The notes beneath the pieces were generated by a model that ran no database searches, was not told where the DNA came from, and was given only the letters and a program-made list of their open reading frames with translations. Below are positions 18,817-28,855 of a stretch of 64,000 bases of DNA, piece by piece. How positions within the stretch are numbered: position 1 is the stretch's first letter; each line of letters begins with the position of its first letter. The translations under genes were made by a program, and so were the position numbers. This DNA is from an uncultured delta proteobacterium (lineage in GTDB: Bacteria; Desulfobacterota; Desulfobacteria; Desulfobacterales; JAFDCJ01), in assembly GCA_963769935.1 (NCBI GenBank), contig CAVYNY010000016.1, positions 224,001 to 288,000 on the forward strand, given 5' to 3'.

Positions 18817-20508
18817 ATGTCCGACCCTTATGCACTAAAGCCCTGGCTGAAGCACTACGATGATCACGTCCCCGAAAGTCTGATTTACCCCTCAAAGACC
18901 TACATCGAAGTGGTCCGCGAGACAACCTCTCTCATCCCCACCAGAGCGGCGGTCTACTATATGGGACGAGCCATCACTTTCCATGAACTGGATATTTTTT
19001 CCAATCGGTTGGCTCACTTTCTCATAAACAGCGGACTGAAGCCCGGGGACACGGTCGGGGTCAATCTGCCCAATATTCCGGCTTATTACATCTCCATTCT
19101 TGCCATCCAGAAGGCCGGATGCGTGCTGACCGGTGTCAGCCCCCTTCTGCAACCCCAGGAACTCGAATACCAGCTCAATGATTCAGGCGCCAAACTGCTG
19201 GTGACCCTTGATGCATTATTCGACAAGGTGGCCGCAGTAGTCGACCGAACCGGGGTAAAGACCCTGGCGGTGGCATCGATTGCCGATTTTCTCTCTCCGC
19301 TCAAACGAGGTCTGGGCAAACTGCTGAAAAAGATCCCCGGCGGCAAAATCAAACCCGTGAGCGGAATTAATTGTGCGCGGTTTTCCGATGTTTTGCGCCA
19401 GATGTCTTCCGACAGGGTCGAGGAAAAATTGGACCCGGCCGCCGCCTGTTTAATGCAGTATACCGGCGGCACCACCGGACCACCCAAAGGAGCGGTGTTA
19501 ACCCACCAAAATATTGTATCCCAGCTTTATCAGGTGAGCACCTGGTTGGACCTCCAGGCCGGCGCAGCATCCACCCTGATCTCGGCCTTTCCTCTATTTC
19601 ACCAGGCCGGTCTTTTTCTGGGCATGACCGCGTTTGCCATCGGCGCCGGCCAGGTAGCGGTTCCCAACCCCCGGGATCTGGATTTCCTGATTGCAGCGCT
19701 GAAAACCTACCAACCGAGCGGTGTTGTCAATGTGCCTACCATCTACCTGCAGCTGTTGAAAAAACCTAAGTTCTGCGCCCTTGATTTTTCGGGTGTTGCG
19801 TGGTTTGTCAGCGGGGCGGCCCCCTTTCCGCCGGAATACATCAAGGAGTTTGAAGAAGTCGTGGGAAAAAACAAGCTGGTAGAGGTGCTGGGCATGACCG
19901 AAACCAGTCCCGTGCACATGAGCCTGCCCCGCTACGGCCAAAAGAAACCGGGGTCCGTCGGCCTGCCTTTCCCGGATACGGAGGTCAGGCTGATCGATCC
20001 GGAAACCGGAGTAGTTGTGCCTGTGGGCGAACCCGGCGAACTGATCGTCAAAGGCCCCCAGGTGTTTACCGCCGGCTACCACAATAAACCCGAAGAGACG
20101 GCCAACACCTTAAAGGATGGCTGGATCTACACCGGCGATATTTGCCGCATGGACGAAGACGGTTATTTTTATGTAGTGGACCGGGTAAAGGATATGGTGA
20201 TTGTCTCGGGCTACAAGGTTTTCACCCGCACCGTAGATGATGCTTTGATGGAACACCCTGACGTTGATGTCGCGGCCACCATTGGATTGCCGGACCCGCA
20301 CCGGCCCGGGTCGGAAATCGTCGCCACGGCCATCGTACTGAAGCCCGGGGTCGAAAAGAGCGATGCGATGAAAGAAGAAATAATCCGCTATATGCGGAAA
20401 AAAACCGCTCCTTACAAGGTTCCCAAAAGAATCGAGTTCATGGATGAACTGCCGCTGAGTTCTGTGGGCAAGGTGTTGAAAAGAGAATTGCGCGAGATAA
20501 TGAGCTGA
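18817..20508 (+). CDS. Long-chain-fatty-acid--CoA ligase
   Basis: YTGGTTGPPKG, GMTET, TGDI, DRVKD and GKVLKR motifs. Confidence 0.93.
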   Translation: MSDPYALKPWLKHYDDHVPESLIYPSKTYIEVVRETTSLIPTRAAVYYMGRAITFHELDIFSNRLAHFLINSGLKPGDTVGVNLPNIPAYYISILAIQKAGCVLTGVSPLLQPQELEYQLNDSGAKLLVTLDALFDKVAAVVDRTGVKTLAVASIADFLSPLKRGLGKLLKKIPGGKIKPVSGINCARFSDVLRQMSSDRVEEKLDPAAACLMQYTGGTTGPPKGAVLTHQNIVSQLYQVSTWLDLQAGAASTLISAFPLFHQAGLFLGMTAFAIGAGQVAVPNPRDLDFLIAALKTYQPSGVVNVPTIYLQLLKKPKFCALDFSGVAWFVSGAAPFPPEYIKEFEEVVGKNKLVEVLGMTETSPVHMSLPRYGQKKPGSVGLPFPDTEVRLIDPETGVVVPVGEPGELIVKGPQVFTAGYHNKPEETANTLKDGWIYTGDICRMDEDGYFYVVDRVKDMVIVSGYKVFTRTVDDALMEHPDVDVAATIGLPDPHRPGSEIVATAIVLKPGVEKSDAMKEEIIRYMRKKTAPYKVPKRIEFMDELPLSSVGKVLKRELREIMS

Positions 20509-20545
20509 CTCGCAGGATATGATCTATTCTTTTAATTTTCTTATT

Positions 20546-20698
20546 TGGACACGGATTTGCACGGATCGACACAGATAAATTTATAAACATGTGAATGAAG
20601 GGAATTTGAATTTATAAATCAGCATTTCGCTTTGCTTTTCTCATCGGTTTCTTAATTTATTTTTTATTATCCGTCTAATCCGCGTTTATCCGTGTCCA
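20546..20698. repeat. Palindromic element with 10-mer arms and TGGACACGGAT/ATCCGTGTCCA termini
   Basis: Three CACRGAT units on the left, three ATCCGY units on the right, perfect 11-bp terminal inverted repeat. Confidence 0.8.
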
Positions 20699-20745
20699 TT
20701 AGAAAAAAACAAGAACTATTTAACCTTTTACCTTGGGCTTTCCTT

Positions 20746-22587
20746 ATGAATACAGCTGAGCTCTTCGATCCGGAGCGGCGCAGCAGAGCGCCGCTTGTTT
20801 TTGTTGTCTGCCTCGCCGTGCTGATCGCTTCTGTTCTCCTGGCCTCTTTGATCCAAAAGAGCTTCGGTCGGGTGTCGGTTTCCAATGTAGCTTTTACCAA
20901 TTCCAACGGCCTTGCCATCCGGGCCAAACTTTTAAAGCCCTTGAGCGCTTCAAAAACCAATCCGGTGCCGGGCGTCGTTTATATTCACGGCTATCAGAAC
21001 AACCGCGAAACCAGCGACGCCTATTGCATTGAGCTGGCAAGGCGCGGCATTGTGGTTCTCGAAATTGATGCCCTCGGACGCGGCAACTCCGACGTTCCCG
21101 GCCGGCTGGATGATCCTGACTTCGATCCGACCTATGGCGGCAAAACTTCTTTAAAATACTTGCGGTCTCTGCCTTACGTCGACGGCGAGAGGATCGGCCT
21201 GATGGGCCACAGCCTGGGCGCCGAAATCGTCTATCAAATGGCGCTCCACGATCCATCGATCAAAGCGCTTGTCATTTCCGGCTTTGCCTACCGGGATGAC
21301 GCTTCAACCGGTATGCCCAAAAACATGCTCATGATTTTCGGCAAGTATGATGAATTTCGCAGGCGCATGACCGCCACCCGGGATTTTGAAAAAGAATGGA
21401 TGCAATCGCCCCAAACCCGCAAGGTATTTCCCGCCAAAAATCCGAAAATCGGCGCAACTTACGGAAATTTCGAAAACGGCAGCGCCCGGCGGGTTTACAT
21501 GCCGCCCATCACACACCTGCAGCAATCCCACAGCAAGGCGGCCGTCGCAGAGGCGCTGGAGTGGATCAAGCAGGCGCTCAAACCCGCCCCGGAAAATTGG
21601 ATCCCGGCCAACCGCCAGATCTGGCAAATCAAAGAGTGGTCGACCTTGTTTGCCATGCTTGCCGGCCTTGCAGCCTTGCTGCCGTTGGGACTGATGCTGC
21701 TGAGAGCCTCATTTTTCAATGCGCTGCAGTTTCATAACCACCGAAGCTACGCCTGCACCGGCAGGCCCTACGTTCGGGCGGCCATCCTCAACGGCGTGCT
21801 CATGGGTCTTTATTTTCCCATAATTTTTGTTCTCTTCGGAATTCATGTTTACCTGATTCATATCGACCGTGCGTTTCCCTTGATGATGACCAATGGCATC
21901 GTCTGGTGGTTTCTATGGGTCAACATCATCGGTTTTATATTTTTCAGGAGCTGGTTTAAAAAGCAAAACCGTGCCGACGGTTTGACCCTGTATGAACTGG
22001 GATTATCCTATCAAAAAGACCGTTTTACCGTTGATGCGGTTCAGATCGGCAAAACAGCCCTGCTGGCAGCCATTTTGTTTTTATTTGCTTATTTAATCGA
22101 ACATACGCTGGAGAGCATTTTCCTGGTAGACTATCGCTTCATCTTTCCCTTCGCCAGCGATCTGACGGCTTACCGGGCAAAACTCTGGCTGACCTACTTT
22201 CCATTGCTGGTGGTGGCTTTTCTGCTGATGGGAATTTTTATCCACGGCCGGCTGCGCCGGCCGCCGAAATCAAGCTGGTGGCTGACGTTTATCACCTGGT
22301 CGGCGTTCAACATACTGGTGCTGGTGACACCGCTGGTTGTGCTTCTCTTAATTCAGTATGTTCCGCTGTTTACCATCGGCACTATCCCGCTGGTCGGCCC
22401 CGGCGGCATGTTCATCGCCTTTACTCACAATCTTTTCCATATTATCGGCGTTCTGATCATGATTGTGCCGATATCAACCTGGTTTTATCAGCTGACCGGT
22501 AAAATCTACCTGGGCGCCCTGCTCACCGCCGCCCTGGTTGCCTGGATGTTTGTATCCTCCCAGGTGGTGGCGCCGCTGCCGATTTAG
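20746..22587 (+). CDS. Alpha/beta hydrolase fused to a multi-TM domain
   Basis: YIHG, GHSLG nucleophile elbow, many C-terminal hydrophobic helices. Confidence 0.85.
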   Translation: MNTAELFDPERRSRAPLVFVVCLAVLIASVLLASLIQKSFGRVSVSNVAFTNSNGLAIRAKLLKPLSASKTNPVPGVVYIHGYQNNRETSDAYCIELARRGIVVLEIDALGRGNSDVPGRLDDPDFDPTYGGKTSLKYLRSLPYVDGERIGLMGHSLGAEIVYQMALHDPSIKALVISGFAYRDDASTGMPKNMLMIFGKYDEFRRRMTATRDFEKEWMQSPQTRKVFPAKNPKIGATYGNFENGSARRVYMPPITHLQQSHSKAAVAEALEWIKQALKPAPENWIPANRQIWQIKEWSTLFAMLAGLAALLPLGLMLLRASFFNALQFHNHRSYACTGRPYVRAAILNGVLMGLYFPIIFVLFGIHVYLIHIDRAFPLMMTNGIVWWFLWVNIIGFIFFRSWFKKQNRADGLTLYELGLSYQKDRFTVDAVQIGKTALLAAILFLFAYLIEHTLESIFLVDYRFIFPFASDLTAYRAKLWLTYFPLLVVAFLLMGIFIHGRLRRPPKSSWWLTFITWSAFNILVLVTPLVVLLLIQYVPLFTIGTIPLVGPGGMFIAFTHNLFHIIGVLIMIVPISTWFYQLTGKIYLGALLTAALVAWMFVSSQVVAPLPI

Positions 22588-22744
22588 TAGACAGAGGGCT
22601 GAAGACATCAAGAACGACGGTCAAACGACGGACGATCATAAATTGATTGGAGCAATCAAGCAGGTGTTTCCTTGCGAATGATGACATGGGATGGCAATAG
22701 AAAATACATCAGGCGCCAGGCGGGCGTTTCGGAAATTTAGAATA

Positions 22745-23233
22745 TTACTCCACAGTATCAAGTAGACTATTTTTTCGATGATTGTATTCTTTAATCAATT
22801 TTACAGAAAAGTTTACCACTTTTTCATTGGGGCCGACAAATTTAATGCCGGAATGATACATACCAGCAGCAGATTTTTTACAGTACACTAATTCACCATT
22901 AATTTCGATAAAATTATTTTCCACATCGATAGCCATCAATGAAATCAATCCTGATTCGATCGGATGAGGCGTTTCGAGTAATATTCCGCCAATGCTGATA
23001 TCTATGGCTTTGCTCAAACCTTGAGAGATCAACTTCCCCTTTTCATCAACGGAGACATGGGAAATCAGATTGCTTGTTTTAACCCTTGGAAATTTTCTTC
23101 GATTAACCACATCCAGAGGATAAACCCTGAAAACAAGTCTGCATTTGGAGCACCTTACAATTGATCCGGTGGGCTTTACAAGACTGTCTTTTAAACTAAA
23201 TAACGATTGACATGATTCGCAGAGTATTTTCAT
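22745..23233 (-). CDS. MJ0042-type zinc-ribbon plus PilZ-domain protein
   Basis: CESC..CSKC; RKFPR; DISIGG; start probably at MKILC. Confidence 0.85.
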   Translation of the reverse strand: MKILCESCQSLFSLKDSLVKPTGSIVRCSKCRLVFRVYPLDVVNRRKFPRVKTSNLISHVSVDEKGKLISQGLSKAIDISIGGILLETPHPIESGLISLMAIDVENNFIEINGELVYCKKSAAGMYHSGIKFVGPNEKVVNFSVKLIKEYNHRKNSLLDTVE

Positions 23234-23308
23234 TGAATGAGGCCTAAACTGGTATGTAGCTTGTCCTATTTTGCCAAGAAGGTAAAAAGTATTTTCGATC
23301 ATCGTAAT

Positions 23309-23335
23309 ATATCGGCATATCGGTAAATAAGTTTA
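23309..23335 (-). promoter_or_regulatory. sigma28-type promoter upstream of the zinc-ribbon-PilZ gene
   Basis: Minus strand TAAA-N15-GCCGATAT. Confidence 0.7.
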
Positions 23336-23619
23336 ATGGATAATTTTTGGGAGATCAATTACCAGATTAAGGTTTTACTCTCAAGCGGTGAATTAAAAAA
23401 ACCGGAGGAGATAGAAATAAAAGATTTCAAGGATTTATCAAGAAGCCGTAGAATATGATTACCCTGTCTGATAAGGCGGCTGAAATATAGGGTTGGATAT
23501 TTTTAAAAACCATTTCATATGTTCCTTAAGAATCTGCTTCAATTCCCCTGTAGATATTTTTCGCAATTCAGCTTGAGTCTCATCAGAAGGTTTTTTCCTC
23601 TATTGGCAAGTCGGTTTGA

Positions 23620-24111
23620 TTGTTTTTAGCCGAACAGGAATCGCTCAGTTATCAACGCTACTTGTTAGAGCTGGCTGTCAAGGAATGTGAAGCGCGAGGT
23701 CAGCGACGCGTGGAGCGGTTTTTGCGCGAATCGTCTCTGCCGTTGGAAAAGACGCTGGATGCCTTCGACTTGAAACGTTTACCGGCAAAAGGCATTCACC
23801 AGGTCAACCATCTGCTGGAAGGGTTTTTTCTGGATAAAGCGGAGAATGTCCTGGCTTTTGGCAATCCGGGAACGGGCAAAACGCATTTGCTGCATGCCAT
23901 AGCCCGAGCCTTGATTTATCAGGGGCGAAGGATTTATTTTGCCAAATGCTCCTTGCTGGTTCAAAGGCTGCTGGCCGCCAAAAGGGACTTAAAACTGGCA
24001 CAGGAGTCGAAGAAGCTGAACAAATTTGATGCGATTGTGATTGACGATATCGGCTATGTTCAGCAAGACCGAGAAGAGATGGAATTAAGAAAGGGAAATC
24101 CGCAATTATAA
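23620..24111 (+). pseudogene. istB: IS21-family istB ATPase fragment
   Basis: GNPGTGKTH, IDDIGY, QQDREEME, then abrupt end; N-terminus missing; no istA. Confidence 0.85.
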
Positions 24112-24298
24112 TTGTCGTCAGACTTCAAGAATAATTGTCGCTTTACAGATGAACGCTAACCCAGAAAATGGTCTTTCTAAAGTATTCACGAATAAGTGCC
24201 GAATACAATAAAATCGTACTATCAAATCCGACGATAGGTGCCACAGCTATTGTTAAAGAAAAACGGATGGCAAGGCCGATGAAGTTTGCTGGAAACTT

Positions 24299-25261
24299 TC
24301 AGTAATCGTCACCATGCAATGCTGACCATTTCGTCTCAAGGTAGTCCATATCCAATCTCACCTTTTTCAATTGAAACCAATCATCAATTGGAGCCATGGA
24401 TTCAAAACGGTCAACAATATTTGGGATTTGCATTAAATGTTCGATTACCGCAGCTTTCCTGGAAAATTTCTGGTCTCCCGCTATTGAATTGAGCTGGCTA
24501 AGCTTTAAAGTTTTCAGCTTCTCTTCTAATGATATTTCAACCCCCTTGCTGGCCAGCCCCAACTGAGCCGCCTGCTCAAATCGGATTCGGTAACGATCGT
24601 TTTTAGGTACCCATTCTGGTTTCGTTCCATTATGTCGAATGCGCGAATCGAAAAATCTGATAAAATAAATGAAATCATCCTCCAACTGCTTGATAATTAG
24701 ATGCTCAGTTATATGAACAATTCCATACTGGCTTTCAACCAGATCCTTTCTTGAATTAAGTACAAATTCCCTAGCTTTTGTTTTATTCATCTGACTAGGA
24801 GTTATGCTTTGATTTTTCAGGATTGCAGCATTCTTTTTTTCAGGAGGTTCAAACAACCCAATAATATCCGAAGCCATCCCTTTAGTTAAGTTTAAGGTAT
24901 CCAAATTAATCCCCAATTCTTTTAATCGTGAGATTTGACTATAAGTCGCATAATCGAAGTACCACTTAGATACAGTTTTTAATGTGCCCGAATTATACTC
25001 TTCCTTTATTCTTTCCCAACGTTTTTGAAGCAAGTCTATGTTACCATCGATTATCTTCTGACTTTCTGAATTCCTAACGCTCTTAATTTCACCTACTTTG
25101 GCCCTCTTTCGAGCACTGCCGTATACAGCGATCAGCATGCCAATAGCAGCTATAGCCATGCTGACCCTTATGCCAGAATTGACTGATATTCCGAAAAAAG
25201 AAACTAAAATTAGGATTAAACAGGAAGATACCACAAAAGCAGTTGCGATTTTTTTCCTCAT
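24299..25261 (-). CDS. Hypothetical membrane protein (two N-terminal TM helices)
   Basis: 320-aa ORF in an AT-rich region, with RBS and upstream sigma54-like site. Confidence 0.7.
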   Translation of the reverse strand: MRKKIATAFVVSSCLILILVSFFGISVNSGIRVSMAIAAIGMLIAVYGSARKRAKVGEIKSVRNSESQKIIDGNIDLLQKRWERIKEEYNSGTLKTVSKWYFDYATYSQISRLKELGINLDTLNLTKGMASDIIGLFEPPEKKNAAILKNQSITPSQMNKTKAREFVLNSRKDLVESQYGIVHITEHLIIKQLEDDFIYFIRFFDSRIRHNGTKPEWVPKNDRYRIRFEQAAQLGLASKGVEISLEEKLKTLKLSQLNSIAGDQKFSRKAAVIEHLMQIPNIVDRFESMAPIDDWFQLKKVRLDMDYLETKWSALHGDDY

Positions 25262-25431
25262 TATTTGTTCCTGCTTTTCTATATTAGCGGGAAGCTCCAG
25301 CGAAAACCGACTAAATTGAAAGGATGATTTAAAAGATTTTCCTTATTCTTAATTTTATCAACTCATACAAATTCTATTTCCTTATGCGTGGATAAAACAT
25401 AGGCCGGCAAACCGCGATTTCAAGCGTACCG

Positions 25432-25447
25432 CGCAGGTTTTGTGCCA
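25432..25447 (-). promoter_or_regulatory. sigma54-type promoter
   Basis: Minus strand TGGCAC-N5-CTGCG. Confidence 0.55.
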
Positions 25448-25712
25448 AATCCAATTGTAAAATTATTATATTATTTCAGCTCGATAAAGCAATTGGTTAT
25501 ATACAGATTTTCTGTAATATAAAAAAATGGCACTTTCGCGAAAATAAGTGTCATTATTTTGACCCGCCATAGCTTTCTTCGTGCTCAGTCGACGATGTTA
25601 TCAGAGTTACCAGCCCTCCATTTCAGCCGCTTGGAGAATGCTCGGAAAACTTCAAAAATGTGCGATAAATGCAGATTGGGCAAGCAACGACCTTGATCTT
25701 CGAATCACTCAG

Positions 25713-26354
25713 TTATTGGCAATCTCTGATTTCTGGCAGCGATTTTTCATAGCTCAAATCTTTCCTTATCGAGGCCACTGTTGTTATGATGATTTTTTTT
25801 AAGGTAGCAAGGACGTTTATTCCCAACCAAGCACTTGCTTCAAAAGACGGCGCTTTGGGTTCACGATTGAGATCTTTCTCAAGCGTTTCAATTGGCAACA
25901 ATGGAATACCCTTTTCGAAAAGGTCCATCTTGTTATATTGGATTACACATGGAATCTGTTCGATTCTCTTTTTATAGTGGGCTAAGTCTTCTCTCAGATT
26001 ATGCAAGGAAAGAATATTATCATTTCGGCGCACAGCCATGGCGTCTGCCACAAACACAATGCCGTCTACGCCCCTCATCAACACTCGTCGAGTGGCATTA
26101 TATTTTAATTGGCCCGGCACAGTATAAAGCTGAACTTTCAAATTATAGCCGTTAATTACGCCGATATCAAAAGGCAGAAAATCGAAAAAAAGGGTATGCC
26201 CCTCCCCGGTGTTAATGGTCACAATCTCGGAATTTATATGCTTTGCAGACTTTTTATATATGTATTCAAGATTGGTGGTCTTGCCGCCTCTGCCGGGGCC
26301 GTAATAGACAATTTTGGCTTGAATTTCATTTTTTTTGAGATTTACTAACGCCAT
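25713..26354 (-). CDS. mglA: MglA-family small GTPase
   Basis: KIVYYGPGRGGKTTNL, TLFFDFLP, LYTVPGQ, GVDGIVFVAD and NKMD motifs. Confidence 0.9.
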   Translation of the reverse strand: MALVNLKKNEIQAKIVYYGPGRGGKTTNLEYIYKKSAKHINSEIVTINTGEGHTLFFDFLPFDIGVINGYNLKVQLYTVPGQLKYNATRRVLMRGVDGIVFVADAMAVRRNDNILSLHNLREDLAHYKKRIEQIPCVIQYNKMDLFEKGIPLLPIETLEKDLNREPKAPSFEASAWLGINVLATLKKIIITTVASIRKDLSYEKSLPEIRDCQ

Positions 26355-26848
26355 AATTTTTAAAAATGATCAATAAAGATAGACTTATGCCTTGCTTATG
26401 GTTTTATAAATTTTTGTCAGGAGGAAGATTCCCAGGAAATTCTGCAAAAATCGTGCAAGCTGAAGGAAATTACAGATGTTATATATTTTAAACTTTTTAT
26501 TTCACTAATAAAAAATAGTATTTCAAAATGCTGTGAAACGTCAATCCGATAATTCTGGAATTTAATTCAGACAACAACATAGACGAAATGCTTCAGGTGA
26601 TTGAACATTTCTTTTCTATTTTTATCCATAATTGCTATTAATTTAGATGAATTGAATAATCAAAATAACCGAATGCCTTTTAAACTTATCGTCCCTTGCC
26701 GATATGCCACAATCTTCACTGAGTTGTTAAAATACCTTGTATCTTCCAATTTAAGATTTTTGATTTAATGACATCAATTTCTTCAGCCATAATTTCCAGT
26801 TTCTATTATGAGACTAAATGTTCGAAAGATGCATTCAGCACCATTATA

Positions 26849-26876
26849 ATATCGGTAAGACTAAACAAAAACTTTA
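26849..26876 (-). promoter_or_regulatory. sigma28-type promoter facing mglA
   Basis: Minus strand TAAA-N16-ACCGATAT. Confidence 0.55.
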
Positions 26877-26901
26877 AGGCACCTTTTTCCTTATTGTTCA
26901 T

Positions 26902-26929
26902 TAAAGTCCTACCTATTTCATCCCGATAG
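26902..26929 (+). promoter_or_regulatory. sigma28-type promoter facing the pilin cluster
   Basis: TAAA-N16-CCCGATAG. Confidence 0.4.
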
Positions 26930-27175
26930 TAGAAACATACCCGTGAGTTACTTTCAACTATAAAAAAATTTAATGATTTGAAAAAAATTTTATATTTGGC
27001 GCGAACCGCTCTATGCAGGTCCGAAGCCGTTAGGTACCGAATCGGATAGGTGCCGTATTACTGCCGGGTTCAGATTTAAGTATATAAAATTGCATATTAT
27101 TTTGTTCATATCAACGCTATCGGATGCCGATTTGAGATCGGCGGAAAGGTCTGATTTAAGCGTTGGGCAAAGCTA

Positions 27176-27191
27176 TGGCACCAAACTTGCT
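27176..27191 (+). promoter_or_regulatory. sigma54 promoter of the minor-pilin operon
   Basis: TGGCAC-CAAAC-TTGCT, a consensus -24/-12 site, 26 bp before the fimT ATG. Confidence 0.85.
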
Positions 27192-27217
27192 CTGAACCAT
27201 GACAAAGGAAATTAGCC

Positions 27218-27697
27218 ATGCAGAAAAACTCAGGGTTCACAATATTCGAAGTGATGATCGTTTTGGCAATAACGGCCGTGCTGGCTGCCATCGCGGTACC
27301 CAATATGATCTCCTGGCGCGGCGAGGCCAAGCTCAGGGGTGCTGTGGAAAATCTAAAAGGAGACCTGAACATGGCTAAAATGATGGCTGTGCGAGAGAAT
27401 GCCTTTGTCGTCATTAATTTTTCAGCCGACCGATACGATGTATTTGTCGATAACGGAGCGGGCGCTAACGCAGGAAATTGGTCATGGGACGCGGACGAGC
27501 GTCGCATAGCGAACAGAGCGTTGCCGGCAGGCGTAACCATTGACCTTGGCGCCACCGACTTTGACAGCAACCGAACGCGCTTCAACCGAAGAGGCTTGCC
27601 CGAGAACACCGGTAGTGTTGTGATGGAGGCTTCCAACGGTGATCAACAGCAGATTCAACTCAATCGACTGGGCCGTATCGATATCCAACAGCTTTGA
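27218..27697 (+). CDS. fimT: FimT/FimU (GspH-like) minor pilin
   Basis: G|FTIFE prepilin site; position in cluster. Confidence 0.8.
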   Translation: MQKNSGFTIFEVMIVLAITAVLAAIAVPNMISWRGEAKLRGAVENLKGDLNMAKMMAVRENAFVVINFSADRYDVFVDNGAGANAGNWSWDADERRIANRALPAGVTIDLGATDFDSNRTRFNRRGLPENTGSVVMEASNGDQQQIQLNRLGRIDIQQL

Positions 27698-27718
27698 AAA
27701 CCATTACAGGGTGTTGGC

Positions 27719-28141
27719 ATGCAAAGTAATCAACATAGATGTCGCTTTTTTAACAATGAACAGGGGTTTACCTTGATCGAAGTCCTCATTGCGATGGCAA
27801 TTTTTGCCATCGGCATACTGGCCGTAGCCCAATTGCAATTGTGGAATGTGAAAAACAACACGACCGGCAATATCACGACCATGGCCACCATGCTGGCCCG
27901 AGAGCAGATGGAAGCGCTAAAAAACGCTTCGGACGTAACCACGCTAAATTCGGGCTCCGATCCCAATAACCCCATTGATGCAGACGGCAATTCCGGGGGC
28001 ATCTTCACGCGGAGCTGGACCGTTAGCAATCCGCTTGGCGGCAATACTTCGCGTCATTTAGCGGTGACGGTGAGCTGGAACCGGCGGGGGCAAAACCGCA
28101 GCGTGGTTCTCACTTCGATTACCAGAGGAAATGGAACATGA
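27719..28141 (+). CDS. pilV: PilV-like minor pilin
   Basis: G|FTLIEVLIAMAIFAIG. Confidence 0.8.
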   Translation: MQSNQHRCRFFNNEQGFTLIEVLIAMAIFAIGILAVAQLQLWNVKNNTTGNITTMATMLAREQMEALKNASDVTTLNSGSDPNNPIDADGNSGGIFTRSWTVSNPLGGNTSRHLAVTVSWNRRGQNRSVVLTSITRGNGT

Positions 28142-28782
28142 CAAATTGCCAATCAATAGTGTCTATACTGAAGGTATCGCAAGGTTCACCAAGCATCAGG
28201 GCCAGGGGATTTACTCTGATCGAATTGCTGGTAGCCCTGGGCGTCGGCGCAATTGTTTTAACTGCGATATTCAGCGTCTATGGGGGGCTTACGCGATCTT
28301 ACACCACCCAAAATGTTGCCGCCGGTATGCAGCAGGTGGTGCGGGCCGGTATTGATTTTATGGTGGAAGATATCATCCGGGCGGGTTTAAATCCCAGAAG
28401 TGCGGCCGGTATGGGCATCGCGGTGGCGACATCCACTTCCATTCGTTTCACCGCCGACCGCAACATGAACGGCACACTTGATTCGGCCAATTCCGAAGAG
28501 ATTTCCTATGCTTACATTCCGGCCAGCCACCGGATTGATCAATGTCTGGATGAAACCATCGGCGCGGCGGACTGCCAGCCCTTCATCGACAATGTCACCG
28601 GTTTGGCATTTACTTATCTGGATGGGGACGGCAACGATTTGGGAGATCCCGTGGCGGTTGCCGATCTTGATGATATTCGAACAATCGCTATCTCCATGAC
28701 CGTTCAGGAACCGGCCGGTCGCCAGGGACTGATTGCCCGGACGTACAGCACCCGCTTCAGGTGCCGCAATCTGGGTATTTGA
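28138..28782 (+). CDS. pilW: PilW-like minor pilin
   Basis: G|FTLIELLVAL; C-terminal RCRN. Confidence 0.8.
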   Translation: MTNCQSIVSILKVSQGSPSIRARGFTLIELLVALGVGAIVLTAIFSVYGGLTRSYTTQNVAAGMQQVVRAGIDFMVEDIIRAGLNPRSAAGMGIAVATSTSIRFTADRNMNGTLDSANSEEISYAYIPASHRIDQCLDETIGAADCQPFIDNVTGLAFTYLDGDGNDLGDPVAVADLDDIRTIAISMTVQEPAGRQGLIARTYSTRFRCRNLGI

Positions 28783-28855
28783 TCGCGCGGTATGCTGTAT
28801 CAATGCGGGCCACTGCCGGGAACTTCCCCGGCAGAGTCCGAAAGGAGTCGGAAAA

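Noticed and set aside
26443..26458. sigma54 promoter for mglA (TTGCAC-N5-TTGCA, minus strand)
   Set aside because: The invariant -24 GG is absent; at most a decayed site.
26681..26705. Additional sigma28 promoter TAAA..GCCGATAT
   Set aside because: Spacer is only 13 nt.
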